Shown one piece after another: positions 12,652 to 26,432 of a stretch of 64,000 bases of DNA. The translations under genes and the position numbers were made by a program. The DNA comes from Eledone cirrhosa (Eukaryota). The stretch spans positions 244,776,001-244,840,000 of the forward strand of contig OZ024741.1 of NCBI GenBank assembly GCA_964016885.1, read 5' to 3'. How positions within the stretch are numbered: the stretch's first letter is position 1; each line of letters opens with the position of its first letter. Under the pieces are notes generated by a model that saw only the letters and a program-made list of their open reading frames with translations, was not told the DNA's origin and did not search any database.

Positions 12652-15600
12652 TCACGCCACACATACCCAATGAGTGTCTGCACATGTACCAGTAATTACA
12701 GATCGATCCGCCCACGGGTGGCCGGCCCACGATCTAAAATGTAACTCCGCCGGCAAATCCGCATTTTTGTGATTAGTTTCTTCGAAGCACACCATTCGCC
12801 GCCGGACTTGAGCTTCCTCATTTAGCTTGGGCAGCTTTTCTTGAAAATCACACCACACTCAGCAAATGTGTGTCTGCACATGTACCAGTAATTACAGATC
12901 GATCGGACCACGGGCGGCCGGTTTGCGATTGAAAAGGTAACTCCGCCGGCAAATCGGCATTTTTGGATTCGTTTTCTTCGAAGCACACCATTCGCCGCCG
13001 GACTTCAGCTTCCTCATTTAGCATGGGCAGCTTTTCTTGCAAATCACACTACACACAGCAAATCTGTGTCTGCACATGTACCAGTAACTACAGATCGATC
13101 CGACCACGGGCGGCCGGCCCACGATCGAAAAGGTAACTCCGCCGGCAAATCGTCATTTTTGGATTCGTTTTCTTCGAAGCACACCATTCGCCGGCGGACT
13201 TTGTTGACGTTTAACACGGTTTGGTTCCACAGCCACAACTATTGATTTTACGGAGATATCTTGCTGGAATTCACGCCACACATACCCAATGAGTGTCTGC
13301 ACATGTACCAGTAATTACAGATCGATCCGCCCACGGGTGGCCGGCCCACGATCTAAAATGTAACTCCGCCGGCAAATCCGCATTTTTGTGATTAGTTTCT
13401 TCGAAGCACACCATTCGCCGCCGGACTTGAGCTTCCTCATTTAGCATGGGCAGCTTTTCTTGAAAATCACACCACACTCAGCAAATGTGTGTCTGCACAT
13501 GTACCAGTAATTACAGATCGATCGGACCACGGGCGGCCGGCTCACGATCGAAAAGGTAACTCCGCCGGCAAATCCGCATTTTTGTGATTCGTTTCTTCGA
13601 AGCACACCATTCGCCGCCGGACTTCACCTTCCTCATTTAGCATGGGCAGCTTTTCTTGCAAATCACACTACACACAGCAAATCTGTGTCTGCACATGTAC
13701 CAGTAACTACAGATCGATCCGACCACGGGCGGCCGGCCCGCGATTGAAAAGGTAACTCCGCCAGCAAATCGTCATTTTTTTATTCGTTTTCTTCGAAGCA
13801 CACCATTCGCCGGCGGACTTTGTTGACGTTTAACACGGTTTGGTTCCACAGCCACAACTATTGATTTTACGGAGATATCTTGCTGAAATTCACGCCACAC
13901 ATACCCAATGAGTGTCTGCACATGTACCAGTAATTACAGATCGATCCGCCCACGGGTGGCCGGCCCACGATCTAAAATGTAACTCCGCCGGCAAATCCGC
14001 ATTTTTGTGATTAGTTTCTTCGAAGCACACCATTCGCCGCCGGACTTGAGCTTCCTCATTTAGCATGGGCAGCTTTTCTTGAAAATCACACCACACTCAG
14101 CAAATGTGCGTCTGCACATGTACCAGTAATTACAGATCGATCGGACCACGGGCGGCCGGCTCACGATCGAAAAGGTAACTCCGCCGGCAAATCCGCATTT
14201 TTGTGATTCGTTTCTTCGAAGCACACCATTCGCCGCCGGACTTCAGCTTCCTCATTTAGCATGGGCAGCTTTTCTTGCAAATCACACTACACACAGCAAA
14301 TCTGTGTCTGCACATGTACCAGTAACTACAGATCGATCCGACCACGGGCGGCCGGCCCGCGATTGAAAAGGTAGCTCCGCCAGCAAATCGTCATTTTTTG
14401 ATTCGTTTTCTTCGAAGCACACCATTCGCCGGCGGACTTTGTTGACGTTTAACACGGTTTGGTTCCACAGCCACAACTATTGATTTTACGGAGATATCTT
14501 GCTGAAATTCACGCCACACATAGCCAATGATTGTCTGCACATGTACCAGTAATTACAGATCAATCCGACCACGGGTGGCCGGCCCGCGATTGAAAAGGTA
14601 ACTCCGCCAGCAAATCGTCATTTTTGGATTCGTTTTCTTCGAAGCACACCATTCGCCGGCGGACTTTGTTGACGTTTAACACGGTTTGGTTCCACTGCCA
14701 CAACTATTGATTTTACGGAGATATCTTGCTGAAATTCACGCCACACATACCCAATGAGTGTCTGCACATGTACCAGTAATTACAGATCGATCCGCCCACG
14801 GGTGGCCGGCCCACGATCTAAAATGTAACTCCGCCGGCAAATCCGCATTTTTGTGATTAGTTTCTTCGAAGCACACCATTCGCCGCCGGACTTGAGCTTC
14901 CTCATTTAGCATGGGCAGCTTTTCTTGAAAATCACACCACACTCAGCAAATGTGTGTCTGCACATGTACCAGTAATTACAGATCGATCGGACCACGGGCG
15001 GCCGGTTTGCGATTGAAAAGGTAACTCCGCCGGCAAATCGGCATTTTTGGATTCGTTTTCTTCGAAGCACACCATTCGCCGCCGGACTTCAGCTTCCTCA
15101 TTTAGCATGGGCAGCTTTTCTTGCAAATCACACTACACACAGCAAATCTGTGTCTGCACATGTACCAGTAACTACAGATCGATCCGACCACGGGCGGCCG
15201 GCCCACGATCGAAAAGGTAACTCCGCCGGCAAATCGTCATTTTTGGATTCGTTTTCTTCGAAGCACACCATTCGCCGGCGGACTTTGTTGACGTTTAACA
15301 CGGTTTGGTTCCACAGCCACAACTATTGATTTTACGGAGATATCTTGCTGGAATTCACGCCACACATACCCAATGAGTGTCTGCACATGTACCAGTAATT
15401 ACAGATCGATCCGCCCACGGGTGGCCGGCCCACGATCTAAAATGTAACTCCGCCGGCAAATCCGCATTTTTGTGATTAGTTTCTTCGAAGCACACCATTC
15501 GCCGCCGGACTTGAGCTTCCTCATTTAGCATGGGCAGCTTTTCTTGAAAATCACACCACACTCAGCAAATGTGTGTCTGCACATGTACCAGTAATTACAG

Positions 15601-16819
15601 ATCGATCGGACCACGGGCGGCCGGCTCACGATCGAAAAGGTAACTCCGCCGGCAAATCCGCATTTTTGTGATTCGTTTCTTCGAAGCACACCATTCGCCG
15701 CCGGACTTCAGCTTCCTCATTTAGCATGGGCAGCTTTTCTTGCAAATCACACTACACACAGCAAATCTGTGTCTGCACATGTACCAGTAACTACAGATCG
15801 ATCCGACCACGGGCGGCCGGCCCGCGATTGAAAAGGTAACTCCGCCAGCAAATCGTCATTTTTTTATTCGTTTTCTTCGAAGCACACCATTCGCCGGCGG
15901 ACTTTGTTGACGTTTAACACGGTTTGGTTCCACAGCCACAACTATTGATTTTACGGAGATATCTTGCTGAAATTCACGCCACACATACCCAATGAGTGTC
16001 TGCACATGTACCAGTAATTACAGATCGATCCGCCCACGGGTGGCCGGCCCACGATCTAAAATGTAACTCCGCCGGCAAATCCGCATTTTTGTGATTAGTT
16101 TCTTCGAAGCACACCATTCGCCGCCGGACTTGAGCTTCCTCATTTAGCATGGGCAGCTTTTCTTGAAAATCACACCACACTCAGCAAATGTGCGTCTGCA
16201 CATGTACCAGTAATTACAGATCGATCGGACCACGGGCGGCCGGCTCACGATCGAAAAGGTAACTCCGCCGGCAAATCCGCATTTTTGTGATTCGTTTCTT
16301 CGAAGCACACCATTCGCCGCCGGACTTCAGCTTCCTCATTTAGCATGGGCAGCTTTTCTTGCAAATCACACTACACACAGCAAATCTGTGTCTGCACATG
16401 TACCAGTAACTACAGATCGATCCGACCACGGGCGGCCGGCCCGCGATTGAAAAGGTAGCTCCGCCAGCAAATCGTCATTTTTTGATTCGTTTTCTTCGAA
16501 GCACACCATTCGCCGGCGGACTTTGTTGACGTTTAACACGGTTTGGTTCCACAGCCACAACTATTGATTTTACGGAGATATCTTGCTGAAATTCACGCCA
16601 CACATAGCCAATGATTGTCTGCACATGTACCAGTAATTACAGATCGATCCGACCACGGGTGGCCGGCCCGCGATTGAAAAGGTAACTCCGCCAGCAAATC
16701 GTCATTTTTGGATTCGTTTTCTTCGAAGCACACCATTCGCCGGCGGACTTTGTTGACGTTTAACACGGTTTGGTTCCACAGCCACAACTATTGATTTTAC
16801 GGAGATATCTTGCTGAAAT
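12652..16819. repeat. Two copies of the 2084-bp 10-monomer HOR (C-D'-A'-C-D-A-C-D-A-B)
   Basis: Units start at 12652 and 14736; 6x196+4x227=2084. Markers are GGTTTGCG/AATCGGC (D'), GCTGGAATTC, CATTTTTTTATT, GTGCGTC and GGTAGC in the same order. Confidence 0.9.
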
Positions 16820-17727
16820 TCACGCCACACATAGCCAATGAGTGTCTGCACATGTACCAGTAATTACAGATCGATCCGACCGCGGGCGGCCGGCCCGCGA
16901 TTGAAAAGGTAAATCCGCCGGCTAATAGTCATTTTTGGATTCGTTTTCTTCGAAGCACACCATTCGCCGGCGGACTTTGTTGACGTTTAACACGGTTTGG
17001 TTCCACAGCCACAACTATTGATTTTACGGAGATATCTTGCTGAAATTCACGACACACATAGCCAATGTGAGTCTGCACATGTACCAGTAATTACAGATCG
17101 ATCCGACCACGGGCGGCCGGCCCGCGATTGAAAAGGTAAATCCGCCGGCTAATCGTCATTTTTGGATTCGTTTTCTTCGAAGCACACCATTCGCCGGCGG
17201 ACTTTGTTGACATTTAACACGGTTTGGTTCCACAGCCACAACTATTGATTTTACGGAGATATCTTGCTGAAATTCACGCCACACATAGCCAATGAGTATC
17301 TGCACATGTACCAGTAATTACAGATCGATCCGACCGCGGGCGGCCGGCCCGCGATTAAAAAGGTAAATCCGCCGGCTAATCGTCATTTTTGGATTCGTTT
17401 TCTTCGAAGCACACCATTCGCCGGCGGACTTTGTTGACGTTTAACACCGTTTGGTTCCACAGCCACAACTATTGATTTTACGGAGATATCTTGCTGAAAT
17501 TCACGCCACACATAGCCAATGGGTGTCTGCACATGTACCAGTAATTACAGATCGATCCGACCACGGGCGGCCGGCCCGCGATTGAAAAGGTAAATCCGCC
17601 GGCTAATCGTCATTTTTGGATTCGTTTTCTTCGAAGCACACCATTCGCCGGCGGACTTTGTTGACGTTTAACACGGTTTGGTTCCACAGCCACAACTATT
17701 GATTTTACGGAGATATCTTGCTGAAAT
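16820..17727. repeat. Island of four E-subfamily 227-bp monomers
   Basis: 4x227=908 bp with GGTAAATCCGCCGGCTAAT. The variant order matches the first four E monomers at 21896 and 41692. Confidence 0.92.
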
Positions 17728-20700
17728 TCACGCCACACATACCCAATGAGTGTCTGCACATGTACCAGTAATTACAGATCGATCCGCCCACGGGTGGCCG
17801 GCCCACGATCTAAAATGTAACTCCGCCGGCAAATCCGCATTTTTGTGATTAGTTTCTTCGAAGCACACCATTCGCCGCCGGACTTGAGCTTCCTCATTTA
17901 GCATGGGCAGCTTTTCTTGAAAATCACACCACACTCAGCAAATGTGTGTCTGCACATGTACCAGTAATTACAGATCGATCGGACCACGGGCGGCCGGTTT
18001 GCGATTGAAAAGGTAACTCCGCCGGCAAATCGGCATTTTTGGATTCGTTTTCTTCGAAGCACACCATTCGCCGCCGGACTTCAGCTTCCTCATTTAGCAT
18101 GGGCAGCTTTTCTTGCAAATCACACTACACACAGCAAATCTGTGTCTGCACATGTACCAGTAACTACAGATCGATCCGACCACGGGCGGCCGGCCCACGA
18201 TCGAAAAGGTAACTCCGCCGGCAAATCGTCATTTTTGGATTCGTTTTCTTCGAAGCACACCATTCGCCGGCGGACTTTGTTGACGTTTAACACGGTTTGG
18301 TTCCACAGCCACAACTATTGATTTTACGGAGATATCTTGCTGGAATTCACGCCACACATACCCAATGAGTGTCTGCACATGTACCAGTAATTACAGATCG
18401 ATCCGCCCACGGGTGGCCGGCCCACGATCTAAAATGTAACTCCGCCGGCAAATCCGCATTTTTGTGATTAGTTTCTTCGAAGCACACCATTCGCCGCCGG
18501 ACTTGAGCTTCCTCATTTAGCATGGGCAGCTTTTCTTGAAAATCACACCACACTCAGCAAATGTGTGTCTGCACATGTACCAGTAATTACAGATCGATCG
18601 GACCACGGGCGGCCGGCTCACGATCGAAAAGGTAACTCCGCCGGCAAATCCGCATTTTTGTGATTCGTTTCTTCGAAGCACACCATTCGCCGCCGGACTT
18701 CACCTTCCTCATTTAGCATGGGCAGCTTTTCTTGCAAATCACACTACACACAGCAAATCTGTGTCTGCACATGTACCAGTAACTACAGATCGATCCGACC
18801 ACGGGCGGCCGGCCCGCGATTGAAAAGGTAACTCCGCCAGCAAATCGTCATTTTTTTATTCGTTTTCTTCGAAGCACACCATTCGCCGGCGGACTTTGTT
18901 GACGTTTAACACGGTTTGGTTCCACAGCCACAACTATTGATTTTACGGAGATATCTTGCTGAAATTCACGCCACACATACCCAATGAGTGTCTGCACATG
19001 TACCAGTAATTACAGATCGATCCGCCCACGGGTGGCCGGCCCACGATCTAAAATGTAACTCCGCCGGCAAATCCGCATTTTTGTGATTAGTTTCTTCGAA
19101 GCACACCATTCGCCGCCGGACTTGAGCTTCCTCATTTAGCATGGGCAGCTTTTCTTGAAAATCACACCACACTCAGCAAATGTGCGTCTGCACATGTACC
19201 AGTAATTACAGATCGATCGGACCACGGGCGGCCGGCTCACGATCGAAAAGGTAACTCCGCCGGCAAATCCGCATTTTTGTGATTCGTTTCTTCGAAGCAC
19301 ACCATTCGCCGCCGGACTTCAGCTTCCTCATTTAGCATGGGCAGCTTTTCTTGCAAATCACACTACACACAGCAAATCTGTGTCTGCACATGTACCAGTA
19401 ACTACAGATCGATCCGACCACGGGCGGCCGGCCCGCGATTGAAAAGGTAGCTCCGCCAGCAAATCGTCATTTTTTGATTCGTTTTCTTCGAAGCACACCA
19501 TTCGCCGGCGGACTTTGTTGACGTTTAACACGGTTTGGTTCCACAGCCACAACTATTGATTTTACGGAGATATCTTGCTGAAATTCACGCCACACATAGC
19601 CAATGATTGTCTGCACATGTACCAGTAATTACAGATCAATCCGACCACGGGTGGCCGGCCCGCGATTGAAAAGGTAACTCCGCCAGCAAATCGTCATTTT
19701 TGGATTCGTTTTCTTCGAAGCACACCATTCGCCGGCGGACTTTGTTGACGTTTAACACGGTTTGGTTCCACTGCCACAACTATTGATTTTACGGAGATAT
19801 CTTGCTGAAATTCACGCCACACATACCCAATGAGTGTCTGCACATGTACCAGTAATTACAGATCGATCCGCCCACGGGTGGCCGGCCCACGATCTAAAAT
19901 GTAACTCCGCCGGCAAATCCGCATTTTTGTGATTAGTTTCTTCGAAGCACACCATTCGCCGCCGGACTTGAGCTTCCTCATTTAGCATGGGCAGCTTTTC
20001 TTGAAAATCACACCACACTCAGCAAATGTGTGTCTGCACATGTACCAGTAATTACAGATCGATCGGACCACGGGCGGCCGGTTTGCGATTGAAAAGGTAA
20101 CTCCGCCGGCAAATCGGCATTTTTGGATTCGTTTTCTTCGAAGCACACCATTCGCCGCCGGACTTCAGCTTCCTCATTTAGCATGGGCAGCTTTTCTTGC
20201 AAATCACACTACACACAGCAAATCTGTGTCTGCACATGTACCAGTAACTACAGATCGATCCGACCACGGGCGGCCGGCCCACGATCGAAAAGGTAACTCC
20301 GCCGGCAAATCGTCATTTTTGGATTCGTTTTCTTCGAAGCACACCATTCGCCGGCGGACTTTGTTGACGTTTAACACGGTTTGGTTCCACAGCCACAACT
20401 ATTGATTTTACGGAGATATCTTGCTGGAATTCACGCCACACATACCCAATGAGTGTCTGCACATGTACCAGTAATTACAGATCGATCCGCCCACGGGTGG
20501 CCGGCCCACGATCTAAAATGTAACTCCGCCGGCAAATCCGCATTTTTGTGATTAGTTTCTTCGAAGCACACCATTCGCCGCCGGACTTGAGCTTCCTCAT
20601 TTAGCATGGGCAGCTTTTCTTGAAAATCACACCACACTCAGCAAATGTGTGTCTGCACATGTACCAGTAATTACAGATCGATCGGACCACGGGCGGCCGG

Positions 20701-21895
20701 CTCACGATCGAAAAGGTAACTCCGCCGGCAAATCCGCATTTTTGTGATTCGTTTCTTCGAAGCACACCATTCGCCGCCGGACTTCAGCTTCCTCATTTAG
20801 CATGGGCAGCTTTTCTTGCAAATCACACTACACACAGCAAATCTGTGTCTGCACATGTACCAGTAACTACAGATCGATCCGACCACGGGCGGCCGGCCCG
20901 CGATTGAAAAGGTAACTCCGCCAGCAAATCGTCATTTTTTTATTCGTTTTCTTCGAAGCACACCATTCGCCGGCGGACTTTGTTGACGTTTAACACGGTT
21001 TGGTTCCACAGCCACAACTATTGATTTTACGGAGATATCTTGCTGAAATTCACGCCACACATACCCAATGAGTGTCTGCACATGTACCAGTAATTACAGA
21101 TCGATCCGCCCACGGGTGGCCGGCCCACGATCTAAAATGTAACTCCGCCGGCAAATCCGCATTTTTGTGATTAGTTTCTTCGAAGCACACCATTCGCCGC
21201 CGGACTTGAGCTTCCTCATTTAGCATGGGCAGCTTTTCTTGAAAATCACACCACACTCAGCAAATGTGCGTCTGCACATGTACCAGTAATTACAGATCGA
21301 TCGGACCACGGGCGGCCGGCTCACGATCGAAAAGGTAACTCCGCCGGCAAATCCGCATTTTTGTGATTCGTTTCTTCGAAGCACACCATTCGCCGCCGGA
21401 CTTCAGCTTCCTCATTTAGCATGGGCAGCTTTTCTTGCAAATCACACTACACACAGCAAATCTGTGTCTGCACATGTACCAGTAACTACAGATCGATCCG
21501 ACCACGGGCGGCCGGCCCGCGATTGAAAAGGTAGCTCCGCCAGCAAATCGTCATTTTTTGATTCGTTTTCTTCGAAGCACACCATTCGCCGGCGGACTTT
21601 GTTGACGTTTAACACGGTTTGGTTCCACAGCCACAACTATTGATTTTACGGAGATATCTTGCTGAAATTCACGCCACACATAGCCAATGATTGTCTGCAC
21701 ATGTACCAGTAATTACAGATCGATCCGACCACGGGTGGCCGGCCCGCGATTGAAAAGGTAACTCCGCCAGCAAATCGTCATTTTTGGATTCGTTTTCTTC
21801 GAAGCACACCATTCGCCGGCGGACTTTGTTGACGTTTAACACGGTTTGGTTCCACAGCCACAACTATTGATTTTACGGAGATATCTTGCTGAAAT
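17728..21895. repeat. Mixed HOR domain 2: two copies of the 2084-bp 10-mer
   Basis: Units at 17728 and 19812, matching 12652-16819 at offset 5076. Confidence 0.92.
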
Positions 21896-24800
21896 TCACG
21901 CCACACATAGCCAATGAGTGTCTGCACATGTACCAGTAATTACAGATCGATCCGACCGCGGGCGGCCGGCCCGCGATTGAAAAGGTAAATCCGCCGGCTA
22001 ATAGTCATTTTTGGATTCGTTTTCTTCGAAGCACACCATTCGCCGGCGGACTTTGTTGACGTTTAACACGGTTTGGTTCCACAGCCACAACTATTGATTT
22101 TACGGAGATATCTTGCTGAAATTCACGACACACATAGCCAATGTGAGTCTGCACATGTACCAGTAATTACAGATCGATCCGACCACGGGCGGCCGGCCCG
22201 CGATTGAAAAGGTAAATCCGCCGGCTAATCGTCATTTTTGGATTCGTTTTCTTCGAAGCACACCATTCGCCGGCGGACTTTGTTGACATTTAACACGGTT
22301 TGGTTCCACAGCCACAACTATTGATTTTACGGAGATATCTTGCTGAAATTCACGCCACACATAGCCAATGAGTATCTGCACATGTACCAGTAATTACAGA
22401 TCGATCCGACCGCGGGCGGCCGGCCCGCGATTAAAAAGGTAAATCCGCCGGCTAATCGTCATTTTTGGATTCGTTTTCTTCGAAGCACACCATTCGCCGG
22501 CGGACTTTGTTGACGTTTAACACCGTTTGGTTCCACAGCCACAACTATTGATTTTACGGAGATATCTTGCTGAAATTCACGCCACACATAGCCAATGGGT
22601 GTCTGCACATGTACCAGTAATTACAGATCGATCCGACCACGGGCGGCCGGCCCGCGATTGAAAAGGTAAATCCGCCGGCTAATCGTCATTTTTGGATTCG
22701 TTTTCTTCGAAGCACACCATTCGCCGGCGGACTTTGTTGACGTTTAACACGGTTTGGTTCCACAGCCACAACTATTGATTTTACGGAGATATCTTGCTGA
22801 AATTCACGCCACACATAGCCAATGAGTATCTGCACTTGTACCAGTAATTACAGATCGATCCGACCGCGGGCGGCCGGCCCGCGATTAAAAAGGTAAATCC
22901 GCCGGCTAATCGTCATTTTTGGATTCGTTTTCTTCGAAGCACACCATTCGCCGGCGGACTTTGTTGACGTTTAACACCGTTTGGTTCCACAGCCACAACT
23001 ATTGATTTTACGGAGATATCTTGCTGAAATTCACGCCACACATAGCCAATGAGTGTCTGCACATGTACCAGTAATTACAGATCGATCCGACCACGGGCGG
23101 CCGGCCCGCGATTGAAAAGGTAAATCCGCCGGCTAATCGTCATTTTTGGATTCGTTTTCTTCGAAGCACACCATTCGCCGGCGGACTTTGTTGACGTTTA
23201 ACACGGTTTGGTTCCACAGCCACAACTATTGATTTTACGGAGATATCTTGCTGAAATTCACGCCACACATAGCCAATGAGTTTCTGCACATGTACCAGTA
23301 ATTACAGATCGATCCGACCGCGGGCGGCCGGCCCGCGATTGAAAAGGTAAATCCGCCGGCTAATAGTCATTTTTGGATTCGTTTTCTTCGAAGCACACCA
23401 TTCGCCGGCGGACTTTGTTGACGTTTAACACGGTTTGGTTCCACAGCCACAACTATTGATTTTACGGAGATATCTTGCTGAAATTCACGACACACATAGC
23501 CAATGTGAGTCTGCACATGTACCAGTAATTACAGATCGATCCGACCACGGGCGGCCGGCCCGCGATTGAAAAGGTAAATCCGCCGGCTAATCGTCATTTT
23601 TGGATTCGTTTTCTTCGAAGCACACCATTCGCCGGCGGACTTTGTTGACATTTAACACGGTTTGGTTCCACAACCACAACTATTGATTTTACGGAGATAT
23701 CTTGCTGAAATTCACGCCACACATAGCCAATGAGTATCTGCACATGTACCAGTAATTACAGATCGATCCGACCGCGGGCGGCCGGCCCGCGATTAAAAAG
23801 GTAAATCCGCCGGCTAATCGTCATTTTTGGATTCGTTTTCTTCGAAGCACACCATTCGCCGGCGGACTTTGTTGACGTTTAACACCGTTTGGTTCCACAG
23901 CCACAACTATTGATTTTACGGAGATATCTTGCTGAAATTCACGCCACACATAGCCAATGAGTGTCTGCACATGTACCAGTAATTACAGATCGATCCGAAT
24001 ACGGGCGGCCGGCCCGCGATTGAAAAGGTAAATCCGCCGGCTAATCGTCATTTTTGGATTCGTTTTCTTCGAAGCACACCATTCGCCGGCGGACTTTGTT
24101 GACGTTTAACACGGTTTGGTTCCACAGCCACAACTATTGATTTTACGGAGATATCTTGCTGAAATTCACGCCACACATAGCCAATGAGTATCTGCACATG
24201 TACCAGTAATTACAGATCGATCCGACCGCGGGCGGCCGGCCCGCGATTGAAAAGGTAAATCCGCCGGCTAATCGTCATTTTTGGATTCGTTTTCTTCGAA
24301 GCACACCATTCGCCGGCGGACTTTGTTGACGTTTAACACGGTTTGGTTCCACAGCCACAACTATTGATTTTACGGAGATATCTTGCTGAAATTCACGCCA
24401 CACATAGCCAATGAGTATCTGCACATGTACCAGTAATTACAGATCGATCCGACCGCGGGCGGCCGGCCCGCGATTGAAAAGGTAAATCCGCCGGCTAATC
24501 GTCATTTTTGGATTCGTTTTCTTCGAAGCACACCATTCGCCGGCGGACTTTGTTGACATTTAACACGGTTTGGTTCCACAGCCACAACTATTGATTTTAC
24601 GGAGATATCTTGCTGAAATTCACGACACACATAGCCAATGTGAGTCTGCACATGTACAAGTAATTACAGATCGATCCGACCACGGGCGGCCGGCCCGCGA
24701 TTGAAAAGGTAAATCCGCCGGCTAATCGTCATTTTTGGATTCGTTTTCTTCGAAGCACACCATTCGCCGGCGGACTTTGACGTTTAACACGGTTTGGTTC

Positions 24801-26432
24801 CACAGCCACAACTATTGATTTTACGGAGATATCTTGCTGAAATTCACGCCACACATAGCCAATGAGTATCTGCACATGTACCAGTAATTACAGATCGATC
24901 CGACCGCGGGCGGCCGGCCCGCGATTAAAAAGGTAAAACCGCCGGCTAATTGTCATTTTTGGATTCGTTTTCTTCGAAGCACACCATTCGCCGGCGGACT
25001 TTGTTGACGTTTAACACGGTTTGGTTCCACAGCCACAACTATTGATTTTACGGAGATATCTTGCTGAAATTCACGACACACATAGCCAATGTGAGTCTGC
25101 ACATGTACCAGTAATTACAGATCGATCCGACCGCGGGCGGCCGGCCCGCGATTAAAAAGGTAAATCCGCCGGCTAATCGTCATTTTTGGATTCGTTTTCT
25201 TCGAAGCACACCATTCGCCGGCGGACTTTGTTGACGTTTAACACCGTTTGGTTCCACAGCCACAACTATTGATTTTACGGAGATATCTTGCTGAAATTCA
25301 CGCCACACATAGCCAATGAGTGTCTGCACATGTACCAGTAATTACAGATCGATCCGAATACGGGCGGCCGGCCCGCGATTGAAAAGGTAAATCCGCCGGC
25401 TAATCGTCATTTTTGGATTCGTTTTCTTCGAAGCACACCATTCGCCGGCGGACTTTGTTGACGTTTAACACGGTTTGGTTCCACAGCCACAACTATTGAT
25501 TTTACGGAGATATCTTGCTGAAATTCACGCCACACATAGCCAATGAGTATCTGCACATGTACCAGTAATAACAGATCGATCCGACCGCGGGCGGCCGGCC
25601 CGCGATTGAAAAGGTAAATCCGCCGGCTAATCGTCATTTTTGGATTCGTTTTCTTCGAAGCACACCATTCGCCGGCGGACTTTGTTGACGTTTAACACGG
25701 TTTGGTTCCACAGCCACAACTATTGATTTTACGGAGATATCTTGCTGAAATTCACGACACACATAGCCAATGTGAGTCTGCACATGTACCAGTAATTACA
25801 GATCGATCCGACCACGGGCGGCCGGCCCGCGATTGAAAAGGTAAATCCGCCGGCTAATCGTCATTTTTGGATTCGTTTTCTTCGAAGCACACCATTCGCC
25901 GGCGGACTTTGTTGACGTTTAACACGGTTTGGTTCCACAGCCACAACTATTGATTTTACGGAGATATCTTGCTGAAATTCACGCCACACATAGCCAATGA
26001 GTATCTGCACATGTACCAGTAATTACAGATCGATCCGACCGCGGGCGGCCGGCCCGCGATTAAAAAGGTAAATCCGCCGGCTAATCGTCATTTTTGGATT
26101 CGTTTTCTTCGAAGCACACCATTCGCCGGCGGACTTTGTTGACGTTTAACACCGTTTGGTTCCACAGCCACAACTATTGATTTTACGGAGATATCTTGCT
26201 GAAATTCACGCCACACATAGCCAATGAGTGTCTGCACATGTACCAGTAATTACAGATCGATCCGAATACGGGCGGCCGGCCCGCGATTGAAAAGGTAAAT
26301 CCGCCGGCTAATCGTCATTTTTGGATTCGTTTTCTTCGAAGCACACCATTCGCCGGCGGACTTTGTTGACGTTTAACACGGTTTGGTTCCACAGCCACAA
26401 CTATTGATTTTACGGAGATATCTTGCTGAAAT
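21896..26432. repeat. Homogeneous E-subfamily block: 20 monomers of 227 bp, one with a 3-bp deletion
   Basis: 4537 bp = 20x227-3. The deletion reads GGACTTTGACG at ~24778. No 196-bp monomers are present. Confidence 0.93.

Larger units (their letters stand above)
1..16819. repeat. Mixed HOR domain 1: 846-bp C-D-A-B 4-mer with variant units (619-bp C-D-A, 650-bp C*-A-B, 1919-bp 9-mer, 2084-bp 10-mer)
   Basis: Monomer starts at 127(C), 323(D), 519(A), 746(B), 973(C) and onward; 196+196+227+227=846. The 9-mer C-D-A-B-C-D-A-B-B occurs at 127-2045 and 2046-3964. Confidence 0.92.
12652..22803. repeat. 5076-bp tandem duplication (24 monomers: 2x2084 + 4 E)
   Basis: Rare variants recur at offset 5076: CTTCACCTT (~13625/18701), GATCAATCC (~14561/19637), TCCACTGCC (~14695/19771), AATGGGTG (~17521/22597). 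Confidence 0.9.

Noticed and set aside
25407-25637. Unique 76-aa ORF, and likewise the 88-aa ORF at 2832-3098
   Set aside because: Single substitutions remove a stop codon (GTAATAAC at ~25569; AAATCCAC at 2892) in otherwise ordinary monomers.
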